Under the pieces are notes generated by a model, which did no database searches, was not told where the DNA came from, and saw only the letters and a program-made list of their open reading frames with translations. The position numbers were made by a program, and so were the translations under genes. Of a DNA stretch of 64,000 nucleotides, positions 30,869-45,686 are shown piece after piece. Every line of letters begins with the position of its first letter. Within the stretch, counting starts at the first letter, position 1. The stretch is from Octopus vulgaris (taxonomy: Eukaryota): contig OX597828.1 of NCBI GenBank assembly GCA_951406725.2, forward strand, positions 63,736,001 to 63,800,000. Direction: 5' to 3'.

Positions 30869-30916
30869 AGAGAGAGAGAGAGAGAGAGAGATAGTGAGAT
30901 AGATAGATACATAGAT

Positions 30917-30957
<41 letters not shown>

Positions 30958-30977
30958 AAGATAGATAGATAGATATA

Positions 30978-31320
30978 GGCGCAGGAGTGGCTGTTTGGTA
31001 AGAAGCTTGCTTCTCAACCACATAGTTCTGGGTTCAGTTCCACTGCATGGTACCTTGGGCAAGTATCTTCTACTATAGCTTCGGGCCTGCCAAAGCCTTG
31101 TGAGTGGGCTTGTATGTATGTATTTGTGTTTCTGTGATTACCGACCGATGTTGGTGTGTTTACGTCCCCGTAACTTAGCAGTTTGGCAAAAGAGACCGAT
31201 AGAATTAGTACTAGGCTTACAAAGAATAAGTCCTGGGGTCGATTTGTTCGACAAAAGGCGGTGCTCCAACATGGCCGCAGTCAAATGACTGAAACAAAGG
31301 AATGAAAGAATAAAGGAATA
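30978..31320 (+). mobile_element. Near full-length tRNA-derived SINE (octopus OR2-like)
   Basis: Head ggcgcaggagtggctgtttggtaagaag with box A-like and box B-like (ggttcagttcc) motifs, core ttgggcaagtatcttctactatagc, tail gcagtcaaatgactgaaacaa...aaagaataaag. Multiple copies in the window. Confidence 0.85.
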
Positions 31321-32339
31321 TGTGTCTGTATGTGTGTGTGTGTGTGTATACATGCACATATGTATGTTTATATATGGAAGTGTTCATATGTAAACATTGT
31401 GTATGTGTTCCCATGTATTCACCAACACCCAGCTAACCGTTTTCAGAAAAGAATTGGCGCTTTGACTTTTTGCTATAAATAAACTTCACACACACACACA
31501 CACACATCATTAACTCCCCTCCGCAATCAACAGCCGTCCCCAAATGAGTTTAGCCTCAATCTACCCAGCCCCACCCCATTCTCCTTCCCTCGTTTCCAAA
31601 ACTAACAAAACGGAAGAAGAAAAACTAAAAACATCATCCAAAGACAACTAAACAACCTCATAAAGGACAACTTTTCCCTAAAAAAAAAAAAAAGAAGAAT
31701 AAATAAAACGTGTAAGAAGCCCCTGTCGAAAGCCCTAAACAACAACAACAACAATACTTTGTAAGAAGAAAAGCAAAAAGCAAAACTAAATAAAATAAAA
31801 TAACTGTTCCCCCTTCCCCCTCCCCCCGCATTCACACGGAGAAAAGCACGGAAAAACATATACACATTCCAACTCCTTTCATAAAAAAACATCATCCGTT
31901 CGCCCACCCAACCCCCAACTCTCACCCGGAACCTTTCTTTAGAAATTCAAAGAACAACAACAACAACAAAAGCAACAAAACTGAAATACAGCAACAACAA
32001 GAACAAGTGATAAGAATTGGTTTTTTTTTTAAAGAAAAGTGTTGGGGCTGGAGGAAAAGTTGTTGCACCTGTGGCTCTCGACTTGTCTAAGGCTGTCTCC
32101 TTCCTTCTTTCACACCCTCTCGTTCCCCTCCCCCTCCCTCTCTGTCCCTAACGAAACTTGAGTCATGTCATTGGTTCTTTTTTTCCCCACTCTCTGCAGT
32201 TTTATTTTATTCTATTAAAACTCCATTCTCAACTCTTTGAGGACATAACAAGATCTTGGGAACCATCATCAATTCCTCATCTTTCCCCTCTTTCAACTCC
32301 ATAACAATTTCCGTATTTTACTGTCTGTCTGTCTGTCTG

Positions 32340-32376
<37 letters not shown>

Positions 32377-33404
32377 ACGCGTACACATATACGCAATATA
32401 TTATACATACACACGGATGTATAGTACATCTGCATAAACGCATGTATGTATACATGTAGGTGTTGTGTCTGTATACATACAAACACATTCATACATACAT
32501 ATGCATGTGTGATAGATATACACACGTACTTATATTTACACACACACACACACACACATACACACACACACACACGCGCGCGCGCCTATTGTTGTTGCTG
32601 TCGTAGTTGTTGCTTATATTGTTCGTTGCAACAGTGATTGTCGTTGCTGCCATAGCAAAATGTTTGTTGTCAGAAATAACACAACTGCTGTTGATGCACC
32701 TATTGCACTGACTGTTAAGATCTTCGCTGTTTTACTCTTTTCTCTTTCATCTCTTTATTAACCCTCCCGCCACTCTCGTCCCCCTTCCCTCTTCCCCTCT
32801 CTCCCTTCTCTCTCTTACTCTCTCCCACTCTCTCCATTCTCTCTCCCACTCTCTTCCCTCTTCTTTCTCTCCTCCTTTCCCTCTCTCTGCTTCTGTTTCT
32901 CTTTCATATTCACACGCAGACACAATCCTTCTTTCGGTTCAGCACCACCGCACAACCCTTTGATGTTTATTTAGCAATGTTGTCTTTGTTATCCTCTTTT
33001 CTATAAAAAAAAGAGTCCCTCCTTTCTTTAACACGTAGATTTAGCTTCTATTTTTAGCTGTCCTATAAGCCAAAGGTGTGTCCAGTTGTGTTCATCTCGT
33101 CTTTTACCTATTTTGCGACCCACTGGATAATATGCATTTCATTCATTGCAAAACATGATGTAATATGAGGCAGATTTATCTCCTATTTCTATTAGATCGC
33201 ATGTCACACAGACAGGCTCCATTTGCTTAAGTTTGCGGAACGAACTCAACGATTAACTCCCTTTGTTGCTACAATAGACCATAAATAAACCGAAAGGTCG
33301 CCATGTTTGTCTATATAAGACCATTTCGGGTAAACTCCATCAAACAACTCAATCCATATTGAGCGACAGACTTTTATGCTGCGCACGGGACTTTGTTTAT
33401 ACGT

Positions 33405-33490
33405 CCCTTCCTTCTTCCATTCCTTTCTTCCTTCCTTCCTTCCTTCCTTCCTTCCTTCCTTCCTTCCTTCCTTCCTTTCTTCCTTTCTTC

Positions 33491-33533
<43 letters not shown>

Positions 33534-33552
33534 TCCTTTCTTTCCTTCTTTC
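33405..33552. repeat. (TTCC)n/(TTTC)n polypyrimidine microsatellite
   Basis: Direct reading. Confidence 0.95.
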
Positions 33553-33831
33553 CATATCTCGTCTTTCACTCTGTGTAGGTATGCGTATGTGTGCACGTGT
33601 TCATAATGCATGCATGCATACATACATACATACATACATACATACACACACACATACACAGACATACACACACACATATATATAACCTATACTTACATGA
33701 ATATATACTCATATATATATATATATATGTACATACATATATACTCGTGTGTATGTTTATGTTTTTGAGCGTGTGTGTGATGTCTGAGAGTGTATCTATG
33801 CGTATTTATATACATGTGTGTATATGTATAA

Positions 33832-33902
<71 letters not shown>

Positions 33903-34539
33903 TATACACACATAAACACACACGTGTATATATACGCATATGTACATACATATACATAAACACACCTATATACACACATATGCATAAACCCATATATACA
34001 AATGCACATGTGTGCCCCCCCCCACACACACACACACATGGTCTCTGTTTCTTTTCGAGCCAATTAAGGAATAACAAACCAAGTCGAGAGAACTTGAGAA
34101 ACAATACCGTTGACATTCGACTTCGTCAACTGAACTACCTCCTACCCTCTCCACCACGGCCACCACCAACGACATTACAATGACCACCCCACCATCACTC
34201 CCCTCACAAACACCACAAGAGTCCCATAAATAAAACACTAGCCCTCTTCCCCACCCCCCAGAAACTCTATTGTGCAATAAGAAGCTTTCATGCGTTTGTC
34301 ATTAATTTTATTTCTGTTGCTTTTTACTTTTCTTTTCTTCCCCCTCTTCTATCTTTGTTGTTGTTGTTGTTGATGTCGTTGTTCTTCCACCTTGTTTGTC
34401 ACCTCCTCCCACCTACTCTTTACTTCAAACCTTCTACTCCTCTTCGTCGTCCTCCTCCTCTCTCACTATGGTGTCAGCTAAGACTTGCTTATCTTATAGG
34501 GGTGGGGGTATTACCGTTCTCTGTTTCGATTCTCTAAAG

Positions 34540-34896
34540 CAGGGGTTCTCAAATTTTTTTTTTATCTGTCGATCCCCCTTGATTACTATTTTATTCTGGT
34601 GGACCCCCCACCATAGTCTTTCGATGTTTAAAAACTAGTTTTATAGAAACTTCTTTCAAAATTCCTATTTTGCTTTTCACACATTCTCTTGTGTAGATTG
34701 AACTCTGTAAAATGTTAGAGAAAGAAACCCAGCTGTTTCTTGCAATACATACCAACACAAATATCTAAAGCGAAATTTTTTCAGGGTCCCATAAAATACT
34801 ATCGTGGATCCTCGATTTTCTATTTTGTTGCATGAACCCCCAAAAATCTTATATCGACCCTTAGGGGACCATATGGACCTTAGTTGAGAACCACTG
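34540..34896. mobile_element. hAT-superfamily MITE
   Basis: TIRs caggggttctcaa / ttgagaaccactg with a perfect 8-bp TSD ctctaaag (34532-34539 and 34897-34904). Confidence 0.9.
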
Positions 34897-35721
34897 CTCT
34901 AAAGGATTATTTTTATATTTTCATCAGCAAGAATTATCTTCCGGAAGGGCATCTAGGCCACAAAATCCAACACCACCTATCTGTCTGTCTGTCTATCTAT
35001 CCATCCATCATCCTTCCATACATTCACACACACATGCATAAGGCAAGCTCGGAACCTAGTGCCTGACTATATATTTTTGTTAATTTTTAATCGGCAGAAA
35101 CTTTCAGAAGTAACTCAGCGGTCGAGAAATCGTTCCTTATAAATGGAGAATTAACTCTTCCAGAAAACTTATAGTTCTATTCGTCATTTTCTTTTCCTCG
35201 CCAAATTCTTCCCAAATATCTTTGGTCCTTATCACCGTCTCTGTCTTTTTCTCTCTCTCAATCTCAAAACATTTCATGAAATTATAACAGGAATCCTTCA
35301 ACTGCAATACCATCTGTTATTCTTACGGGCAACTAATGAAATAAGAACATTTTTAACGAATCCATTATTAATGTAAATATTGAAAAAAAAATGTTACCAA
35401 ATGCATTTAATAAATTCTTAACGGTATGGAGATGTTTTGTCATGTGAACTAGTCGGCCATGTTTGATTCAAGTCGTCTGCTATGTTATTTGCGCTATCTT
35501 ACTTCCGCTACGTTATTTCCGCTCTATTGTTAATACAAACATCGACTAGAGATGTGCGAGGAATGAGATTTAAAATAAATTTAGAGAGAGCTTCATGCGG
35601 ATAATGCAAACCGCAGATAATATAATGTACACACGCGCGCACACATAGTCAAACATTTTGTATGTATTACTGAACATATATGTGTGTGTATGTGTTTGGG
35701 TGTGTGATGCTTGTGACCGTA

Positions 35722-35804
<83 letters not shown>

Positions 35805-35943
35805 CTGTATATATATATATGTATGCATGTATATATATATATATATATGTATGTATGTGTGTATATATATATGTATGTATGTATATATATATGTATGCAT
35901 GTATGTATATATATATATGTATGTATGTATGTATGTATATATA

Positions 35944-36327
35944 TCTCTCTATATATAAACGGCAGTTTGTCTGTGCGTGTTTCTGTGTGTCTGTTTGCTT
36001 GTACCCTCACCCTGACCACGGCTTTCAACCGATTCTGATGAAACTTGACACACACATAGCCCAATGTCATAATTCAAAACTAACGCAGCGAAAATTTTGA
36101 AAAGTTCCCCCAGTTCTGAAAAAAATCGATAAATTCGACATGGGGTCGAGAATCAGAAACACAAACAGCAAACTGTCTAGGGGACGCAACTCCACCTTTT
36201 TTTACTCTCAAAAAGAATTTACCATCTTTTTTTTCCATTTTTTTGCTATTTTTTGGCTATAACTCTCTAAAAATGCTTTATAGTTATTTCCCTTACAAAC
36301 CTGAGCAACGCCGGGCGATACTGCTAG
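35944..36327 (+). mobile_element. Non-autonomous Helitron
   Basis: Starts A|TC, ends CTAG|T, with a subterminal GC-rich hairpin-like cctgagcaacgccggg about 10 nt before CTAG; no TSD; sits in a (TA)/(TATG) tract. Confidence 0.8.
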
Positions 36328-36329
36328 TA

Positions 36330-36391
<62 letters not shown>

Positions 36392-36412
36392 TATGTATGT
36401 ATGTATATATAT

Positions 36413-36448
<36 letters not shown>

Positions 36449-36645
36449 CAAAGCGGATCTCAGTCTGAAAAATGGCATTTCTGTAGGCCTGTTGGGTTTT
36501 ATCTCACCTTTGTCCTATAACCAGTGCATACACACTTCCACACACGCACATACGCACACACAGAGGAAGACAGCCATATAGAAGAATTGTACACTCCTGC
36601 CACCATATATATATATATAAAGTATCTACATATAACGTATCTCTC

Positions 36646-36753
<108 letters not shown>

Positions 36754-37114
36754 TACAAAGTATGTATTGCGTACACATAAATGCGCACGCATTTGTTTAT
36801 TTATCAGGTATTCCCACAGATAGTAGCCATTTTAGCTACACCCAAACTGTACTAAATATGTAAGCTTGCCTTCGTTGAATCCCAGGACCCGCGACAGAGC
36901 AACCAGTCCCATGCTGGCTGGAGCTCACATTTGTTTTTTCGTTTTTCTCATAACATTGTTTTCTTGTTGTTCTTGTTGTTATTCTTGTACTCTGTTGTTG
37001 TTAGCGGGTCTGTCCCAACAGAGATGTTATAGAGTATATACATATGTGTATAGGTATGTACGTATATGTATATATATATATATGTACGTATATGTATATA
37101 TATATATATGTACG

Positions 37115-37139
<25 letters not shown>

Positions 37140-37170
<31 letters not shown>

Positions 37171-37527
37171 TGTGCGTGAGTATGTGTGACTATATATATG
37201 AATATATATATGTTTTTGTGTATATACATACATGTACATACATATATATATAAGTGTGTATATACATATACAGATGAATATCTATATGTATTTACATATG
37301 TATATATATATATATACATATATAAATATATATGAGTGTGCGTATATTTATGTGTGTATATATATATGTCCGTGTGCGTGTGTGTGTATACATACGTATC
37401 TATGTATATATATGCACATATACACGCATATACATATATATACACTCTCATAAACAAGCATATGTATATATATATATATAATTATATATATGTATTTATA
37501 AATATATATATTTACACACACACACAG

Positions 37528-37588
<61 letters not shown>

Positions 37589-37673
37589 TATATGTATATA
37601 TTTATACATATATTTATATATATATGTCTGTACATTCTTATATATATCCACATGTATATAAATATATGCGTGC

Positions 37674-37717
<44 letters not shown>

Positions 37718-37975
37718 CCTGCCACACACACAGATATATAATGCGCATATCTGTATTAAAGTCGTACCCGTAAAAAATGACGGGGTTTATTCCTTTCCAT
37801 TTGTAAAAAAGGTTTTTTTGCTTCAAGTGTTGTTCGGTTTTCTCGTGATTCACTGTTTCATGTTTCACTTCATAAAAATTACACCGCACTGTCCTCCACT
37901 CACATGCTTATCTACGTTCACCGATACACGCACCCGCTTAATATGTAAATAGGCGTCTAAGCGCAGACATATGTT

Positions 37976-38013
<38 letters not shown>

Positions 38014-38383
38014 TGTGCGTGAGTATGTGTGACTATATATATGAATATATATATGTTTTTGTGTATATACATACATGTACATACATATATATATAAGTGT
38101 GTATATACATATACAGATGAATATCTATATGTATTTACATATGTATATATATATATATACATATATAAATATATATGAGTGTGCGTATATTTATGTGCCC
38201 TCCACCCTCGGTCACCGTCGCCTATGTCATCGTCGTCGTCGTCGACATCATCATCATCATCATCATCATCACCATCAACACTGTCGTTACAACCTTCACT
38301 GCTACCACTATATGTATATATATATATATAATTATATATATGTATTTATAAATATATATATTTACACACACACCAGACACACA

Positions 38384-38422
<39 letters not shown>

Positions 38423-38505
38423 TATACCATATATTTATACATATATTTATATATATATGTCTGTACATTCTTTATATATCCACATGTATATAAATATATG
38501 CGTGC

Positions 38506-38549
<44 letters not shown>

Positions 38550-38810
38550 CCTGCCCACACACAGATATATAACATCTGTAGGGGACAAAGTCGTACCCGT
38601 AAAAAATGACGGGGTTTATTCCTTTCATTTGTAAAAAGGTTTTTTTGCTTCAAGTGTTGTTCGGTTTTCTCGTGATTCACTGTTTCATGTTTCACTTCAT
38701 AAAAATTACACCGCACTGTCCTCCACTCACATGATGACTTATCTACGTTCACCGATACACGCACCCGCTTAATATGTAAATAGGCGTCTAAGCGCAGACA
38801 TATGTTAACA
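37140..38810. repeat. Tandem duplication of about 840 bp
   Basis: Anchors gtctgtgcgtgagtatg at 37168/38011 and gatacacgcacccgcttaatatg at 37923/38754. Confidence 0.9.
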
Positions 38811-39327
38811 CACACACACACACACACACGCACACACTAATATTTGTGAAGCAAGCTTATTTAAAATCCTTTGATTTCTGCGAAAAATATTTCCATGTGT
38901 TGAGTGGACAGAACACGTGTCGATATTCTGTGATGTTGTGTGTTTGTCTTACGCACACCATCCATGCTAACACTATCACACCAGCAGCAGCATCACCGGC
39001 GCCAATACCAATACCGCAATCACTGCCGGCATCACGTGCCCTCCACCCTCGGTCACCGTCGCCTATGTCATCGTCGTCGTCGTCGACATCATCATCATCA
39101 TCATCATCATCACCATCAACACTGTCGTTACAACCTTCACTGCTACCACTATAGCTACAACGATAACCACCACCACGCCCACCACCACCACCACATCCAC
39201 CACCTTTCATGACTTCAACCGCCACCACCACCATCATCGCCGTTGTCAATCATCGTCATTACCATCAACATTAACACCACCACCACCACCACCATCCACG
39301 CCACCACTACCACCTACCCACATTATA

Positions 39328-39558
39328 CCTATTTCTTTATTACCCACAAGGGGCTAAACACAGAGGGGACAAACAAGGACAGACATAGGTATTAAGTCGA
39401 TTACATCGACTCCAGTGCGTAGCTCGTACTTATTTAATCGACCCCGAAAGGATGAAAGGCAAAGTCGACCTCGGCGGAATTTGAACACAGAACGTAATGG
39501 CAGACGAAATACCGCTAGGCATTCCGCCCGGCGTGCTAACGATTCTGCCAGCTCGCCG
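39328..39558 (-). mobile_element. SINE, same family as 30482
   Basis: Reverse-complement match along the full length. Confidence 0.85.
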
Positions 39559-40071
39559 ACACTATACCACCTCTACCAACAACTACCATTGGACCTGCGG
39601 GAAATAGCAGCCAAATATTCCTGAAATCACACTATATTCTGTTATAGATAAGGACGTTAGATAATGTAGTCTTGTGTTAGATACGTTGCATATAACAAAC
39701 CACGGGATGGTCACAGTTGGAAAGCCTACAGTTATAGGATCTGCCCACTCCGCTCTGATTTAGGGCTCAACAGCAATGGTAAACACCTATACTAACTCCT
39801 ATGTTAGCACCACTTGTACTACCACCTACACTGTCACAATCAACACTGGCATCACCCTCCACCCTCGTCGTCATCGTTGTCATCATCAACATAATCATCA
39901 ATCCTAACACCGAAATCCATTACCATCAGTCTCATCATCATCATCATCATCATCATTAATCGCCGCCGCTGCCGCCGTCGTCTCGTCATCATCATCACCA
40001 TCGGCATGGTCGTCTTCGTTATCGTCGTCGACGTCGTTTTCTGTTGCAGTTATATTCTCTTTGTACTGAGA

Positions 40072-40133
<62 letters not shown>

Positions 40134-40582
40134 ATGTGTGTGTGTGTGTGGTGTGTGTGTGTGTGTGTGTGGTGTGTGTCTGATCATGTCAGAAAAAAGG
40201 TCAAAGGCGCCTTTCCCGCAGAAACTCTCATTCCTTCTATGTGCGTGTGTGTGTGTGTGCATGTGTGTGTGTGTGTGCGTGTGTGTGTGTGTGTGTAAGT
40301 AGTGTTTCTCTTGTCTTTTTCAGTTTCAATTTTCTCCTTTATTTTATCTTTTTTTATTTTAATTTTAGAATGTTTAATGTTTTTCTTTTTTATTTTACTG
40401 AAGTTTGATATTCTGAGAACTTTTATACTTGCATTTATTCTTTACTTGGGAATATCGCGGAACCTCCACCACCACCACCACCACCACCTCTACAACAACA
40501 CTTTCAAGAACAATGAACAACTTGTGTGTGTGTGTGTATATTATATATACATATATACATATACACACACGCATATATGTAA

Positions 40583-40632
<50 letters not shown>

Positions 40633-40672
40633 GAGTGTATGTATGTATATGGGTACTTTATGTACTTTATGC

Positions 40673-40711
<39 letters not shown>

Positions 40712-40777
40712 CATATATATGCATGCATATATATATGTATATATATGTGCATATATATGCATATATATATATGTATA

Positions 40778-40827
<50 letters not shown>

Positions 40828-40847
40828 TGTGTGTGTGTGGCTGGGTG

Positions 40848-41157
40848 TGAAGGCGCGTGGTTTAATGGTTAGGGCATTCTGCTCACGATCGTAAGGTCGT
40901 TAGTTCAATTCTCGGCGACGCGTTGTGTCCTTGAGCAAGACACTTTGCTCCAGTCCACTCACCTGGCAAAATTGAGTATTACCTGTATTTCAAAGGGCCA
41001 GCCTTGTCACACTCTGTGCCACGCTGAATCTCCCTGAGAACTATGTTAAGGGTACACGTGTCTGTGGAGTGCTCAGCCAGTTGCACGTTAATTTCACGAG
41101 TAAGCTGTTCCGTTGATCGTGTCAGCTGAGACCCTCATCGTCGTAACCGACGGAGTG
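40848..41157 (+). mobile_element. tRNA-derived SINE, third family
   Basis: ggcgcgtggtttaatggttagggc (box A), agttcaattctc (box B), gtgtccttgagcaagacact core, tail ccctcatcgtcgtaaccgacggagtg. Confidence 0.75.
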
Positions 41158-41289
41158 ATAAATATAAATAATTCTATTTTATTTTAGCCGGCAGGTATTT
41201 AAGAATGTAACTGGAGGGCTGTAAGTGGCCTGCCATGCACAATATTCTCGTTTTTTTTTTTTTGTAACTTTAGCCTCCAGCCATCGATT

Positions 41290-41700
41290 AAAAAATGCAT
41301 ATCTACTCATGGACTAAGTTGCATTCCTTCTGTCTACTCCACGAAACCTCTTGGGTTTGGCATGACTTGATAAGCTTTCTCCATACTGAATAGTTTTTCA
41401 CTTGGGTTTGCCATTTATGATCAATTTGCTTTCCACTTCATATTCCTTTTTGCTTTTCCTTTGAAACTCGGTCTTCCACGGTTTCTTTTCTTCTAGCATG
41501 GTTGGGAATAAAGAGTTTGTCTGGGGAGTCTGTCGTTGTCCATCCTGTGTATGTGACCCAACCAACGTGAATTTCTATAAGTGAGGATTTCCATCATAGG
41601 AGGCAGACCAACATGCCGTAGGATCTCTTCATTCCTGATCATGTCTAAGAGAGGGATTTTCATAATTTGTCGCAACTGTTTAATCATATCTGCATGTCAC
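41290..41700 (-). mobile_element. Decayed RTE-clade LINE ORF C-terminus
   Basis: LRQIMKIPLLDMIRNEEILRHVGLP...RWLGHIHRMDNDRLPRQTLYSQ...RNRGRP, the typical RTE/BovB C-terminal pattern. Confidence 0.85.
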
Positions 41701-42599
41701 ATGTCTACACGAACTGTTCAGCTTTCAGCTCCATACGGCATGGAAGAAGAAAGCCTGCTATAATGTGCGTGTGGGCGAGTCTGCGTGAGTGCGTGCTTTG
41801 CGTGTGTGCTTATATTGGTATATACACACACAACATACAGGCCCACACACAACACTGTGAAACACTTGGCAGAATAAAACGCATTCGCTTTCCCTGCAAT
41901 GTCGAGTGAACATCAAGCTCATCTATGATGACTTGGTCACGTGCACAACATGGACTGAATTTGCACCCCCAAGAATCCTACCCAACAGGTCATTTTTCTC
42001 TCGGGTATAAGGATATGCGAAATAGGACAAGACGTATTAAATAGTGTCAGGAGTGCATTGCACCTTATATCCTGGGTTGATCATTCTACGAACGCAGGAA
42101 TGCAAAACGTGGCCGACGGTCGAGATTGGTTTCGGACACCAAACTGACAAAAGAAAAAAATGTGAATGTTTATGCACAAAATGATGTTATGTTAGTTTGT
42201 GTGGACAGCAGTTAGGATTGGGTTTGTCAGAGCATCTGTCAGCATGTTTCGGAAATGGTACATATACACGTTTCTCAGTCAATTTAGCTTCCTTTTCAAA
42301 GCAGATTCCTTCGTCTTCAAAAAGATGTAGAAAATTTAGCATATACGGAACGAGTTCAGAACAGTCGAAATCTCTTCATCTCGGCCCCTCCCCCCCTCTC
42401 CCTCCATCTAATCTATATCTGTACACACGCACATTTGCGCGCGAACACACAAACACACACATACACACATACAACAGCATATATATATATATATATATTC
42501 CTCTATCTCCGAGCATGTATGTTTATACATGTACATGTAAACATGTATATGCATATGTATGCATACATATACGCACATATATACACAAAAGCATATACA

Positions 42600-42646
<47 letters not shown>

Positions 42647-42799
42647 ACATATGTATATACATATAGATGTATGTACAATTACCGCTATTTGACGCACACG
42701 CGCACCATGGCTTCACTTATTCCAATTAAAACAAACAAATATGGCGGATGAACGTGGTGACAGAACGCTGCTCTCCGCCTCTGAGGCGCACACGCATAG

Positions 42800-42857
42800 T
42801 CTCTCTCTCTCTCTCTCTCACTCTCTCTCTCTCTCTCTCTCTCACTCTCTCTCTCTC

Positions 42858-42899
<42 letters not shown>

Positions 42900-42950
42900 T
42901 CTCTCTCTCTCTCACTCTCTCTCTCTCACTCTCTCTCTCTCTCTCTCACT
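42800..42950. repeat. (CT)n microsatellite
   Basis: Direct reading. Confidence 0.95.
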
Positions 42951-43084
42951 CACACGCAGGTATAAACACGCTGTCAAAATAACAACAGAATTTATGACGA
43001 AAGTGAATGTTGATATACAGGGTTCCGGCTGTGTTCTATTAATGACCAACTTGAAGGCATCAAGACAACAACAGATAGACAGAT

Positions 43085-43178
<94 letters not shown>

Positions 43179-43308
43179 GTGTATATATATATATTACATA
43201 TATATATTACATATATATATGTATATTTATAGGGGGAGAGAGAGATAAGTGATGGAGAGAGCGATATATATGTTTATATATGCATTTATGTATATGTATA
43301 TGCGTGTG

Positions 43309-43349
<41 letters not shown>

Positions 43350-43459
43350 TATGCTTATATACATACATATATATGTGTATATGCATACATATATGTGATT
43401 TACTCGACTAAAGGTGATGCTCCAGTATGGCCACAGTCACATGACTGAAACAAGTAAAA

Positions 43460-43503
<44 letters not shown>

Positions 43504-43904
43504 CGGACTAGTCGCGACTGGAATGCTTCTAATCACAAGATTACTCGATTAGAAGTCTAACCTATGGCTCAAGGTTATTATAATCCTCGCCGATAACCAC
43601 AAACAGCAGATTATGGGGCCACCACCACTATTACTAATCACCACCACCCGCTTTCGCCTCCCCAATTGTACTTTGGAATATAGATTCCAGCTGAAAGCCT
43701 GATCCATGGGATCTCGTTTATTGTTTTTATTTTGCTATTCTTCCGACGCACATATAGAAAGAGAGAGTGACACCACACACGGCAGATGTGGCAGGTTGAG
43801 CGGAAGAAAGTGGCCAGCTGGAGCATATTGAGGCCGTGTTACCCGTAGTTATTTGGGAAACGTTGTTTCTATTGTTGACTTTTTAAGTCAGCGATTTCCA
43901 ACTG

Positions 43905-43961
<57 letters not shown>

Positions 43962-44006
43962 GATGTCTATGTTTCGTGTGTGACCTTATCTAAATATCTC
44001 TGCCTG

Positions 44007-44065
<59 letters not shown>

Positions 44066-44657
44066 GTGTCGGCATGTATGTGTATGTGTGTCTGCTTTTG
44101 TCCTGTCCATTTGGTGTACATATGGTTTGTATATAAGTGGGCGCAGGGAAGCTGACATCAAAAGGGAGAGAGAGAGAGAGAGAGCGGAAGAGAGAGAGAG
44201 AGGAGGAGAGAGAGAAATATGAGGATAAGCAGGAATATGGAGTGAGAGAGAGAGAGAGGGGGGCGCGAGAAAATAAAGCGATGGAAAGAAAGCACACAAG
44301 AACAATAAACTTGACAATTTCATATTAAATTTTCTTTGATCGAAAAATATGTCGTCTCAGCTGAATTGGTCGACATTATTCCCTTCTTCCCTATCTACCC
44401 ACTCACCTACCTACTTACCTACCTACCTACCTACCAACCTACGTTGAACTTCCTTTACCTGTACTGTAAATTTTCAAGGTTTCAAAACCACCCCACAGGG
44501 AGTGTTTGTATTATAATTGCAATGATAATACCAATTAACACAGTATAAGACACTCTTCCATACGTATGCTAAGTACCCGAAAGCTCTGTTGCACATACAA
44601 AAACGCTCATATACATATACAAATATGCATATATAAGTATATGTACACATATGTATA

Positions 44658-45530
44658 CAAGGTCTAATCAATAAGTATCCGGACTGTTGCTATAGTAACG
44701 AAGCTAAAGTACGCAAAGTGAAGCTGTTTGGCAACGATTGACCTTGAGCTCTGTTGTGCATGCGCACTAAGTTTTAATGTTCTAGCTCATTTCCGCTGTT
44801 TACAGCAGTGCTTGGAAGGAAGGTGTGCAGCGTGTGATCGTCGCATTGACGAGAAAGTTGTCATGGCGACATCTGCCCAGAGGCCTACGCAAATTTGCAG
44901 AAAGTGTATGAAGAGGAGTGTATGAGCCGCACACAAGTGTACGAGTGGTTGAGACGTTTACTAGATAGCCGAAAAAATGTCGATATTGACTAACGTTCTG
45001 GAAGACCCGCAGCCAGCAGAACTGAGGAAAATATTGCAGATGTGCGTGCAACTGTGAGGGAAATCGTCGAATCACCATCCGTGAGTTATCAGAGGATGTG
45101 CAGATTAGTTACGGTTCAGTTCAGTCCAATATCACTGAAGATTTGGGTATGAGATGCGTGTCTGCTAAGTTTGTACTCAAGTGCTTTCAGCTGACCAAAA
45201 GGACATTCGGGTTTCACTTGCACAAGATCTTAATTGTTCGAAAAGAATGAAAACTTTTTGAGAACTTCGCGTGTGCCTCTGAGCAGCTATCACCAAGCGT
45301 TTGGCAAAATTTGATACTGATTCTCTGCTCAACTTTCACTGTCATGCTCAATGCGACGATCACACGCTACACACCTTCCTTCCAAGTACTGCTGTAAACA
45401 ACGGAAGTGAGTTAGAACGTTAAAACTTAGTGTACATGCACAGCAGAGATCAAGGTCAAGCGGTTTCCCTCTGTGCGATTATAGCTTCGTTACTGTAGCA
45501 AGAGTTCAGATACTTTTTGATCAGACCACG
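44658..45530 (+). mobile_element. Non-autonomous mariner element with an N-terminal transposase remnant and long inverted arms
   Basis: TA|caaggtctaatcaataagtatc ... gatactttttgatcagaccacg. Decayed peptide KVYEEECMSRTQVYEWLRR..RSGRP..TEENIADV..RRITIRELSEDVQISYGSVQSNITEDLGMRCVSAKFV is a mariner HTH region up to the WVP-like linker. Confidence 0.9.
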
Positions 45531-45636
45531 CACGTATACATGCATGCACATACATTTACATAATACCTAAGTGCATACATATATACATACATACATACGT
45601 GTGTGTGTGTGTGTATATATATATATACAATATATG

Positions 45637-45686
<50 letters not shown>

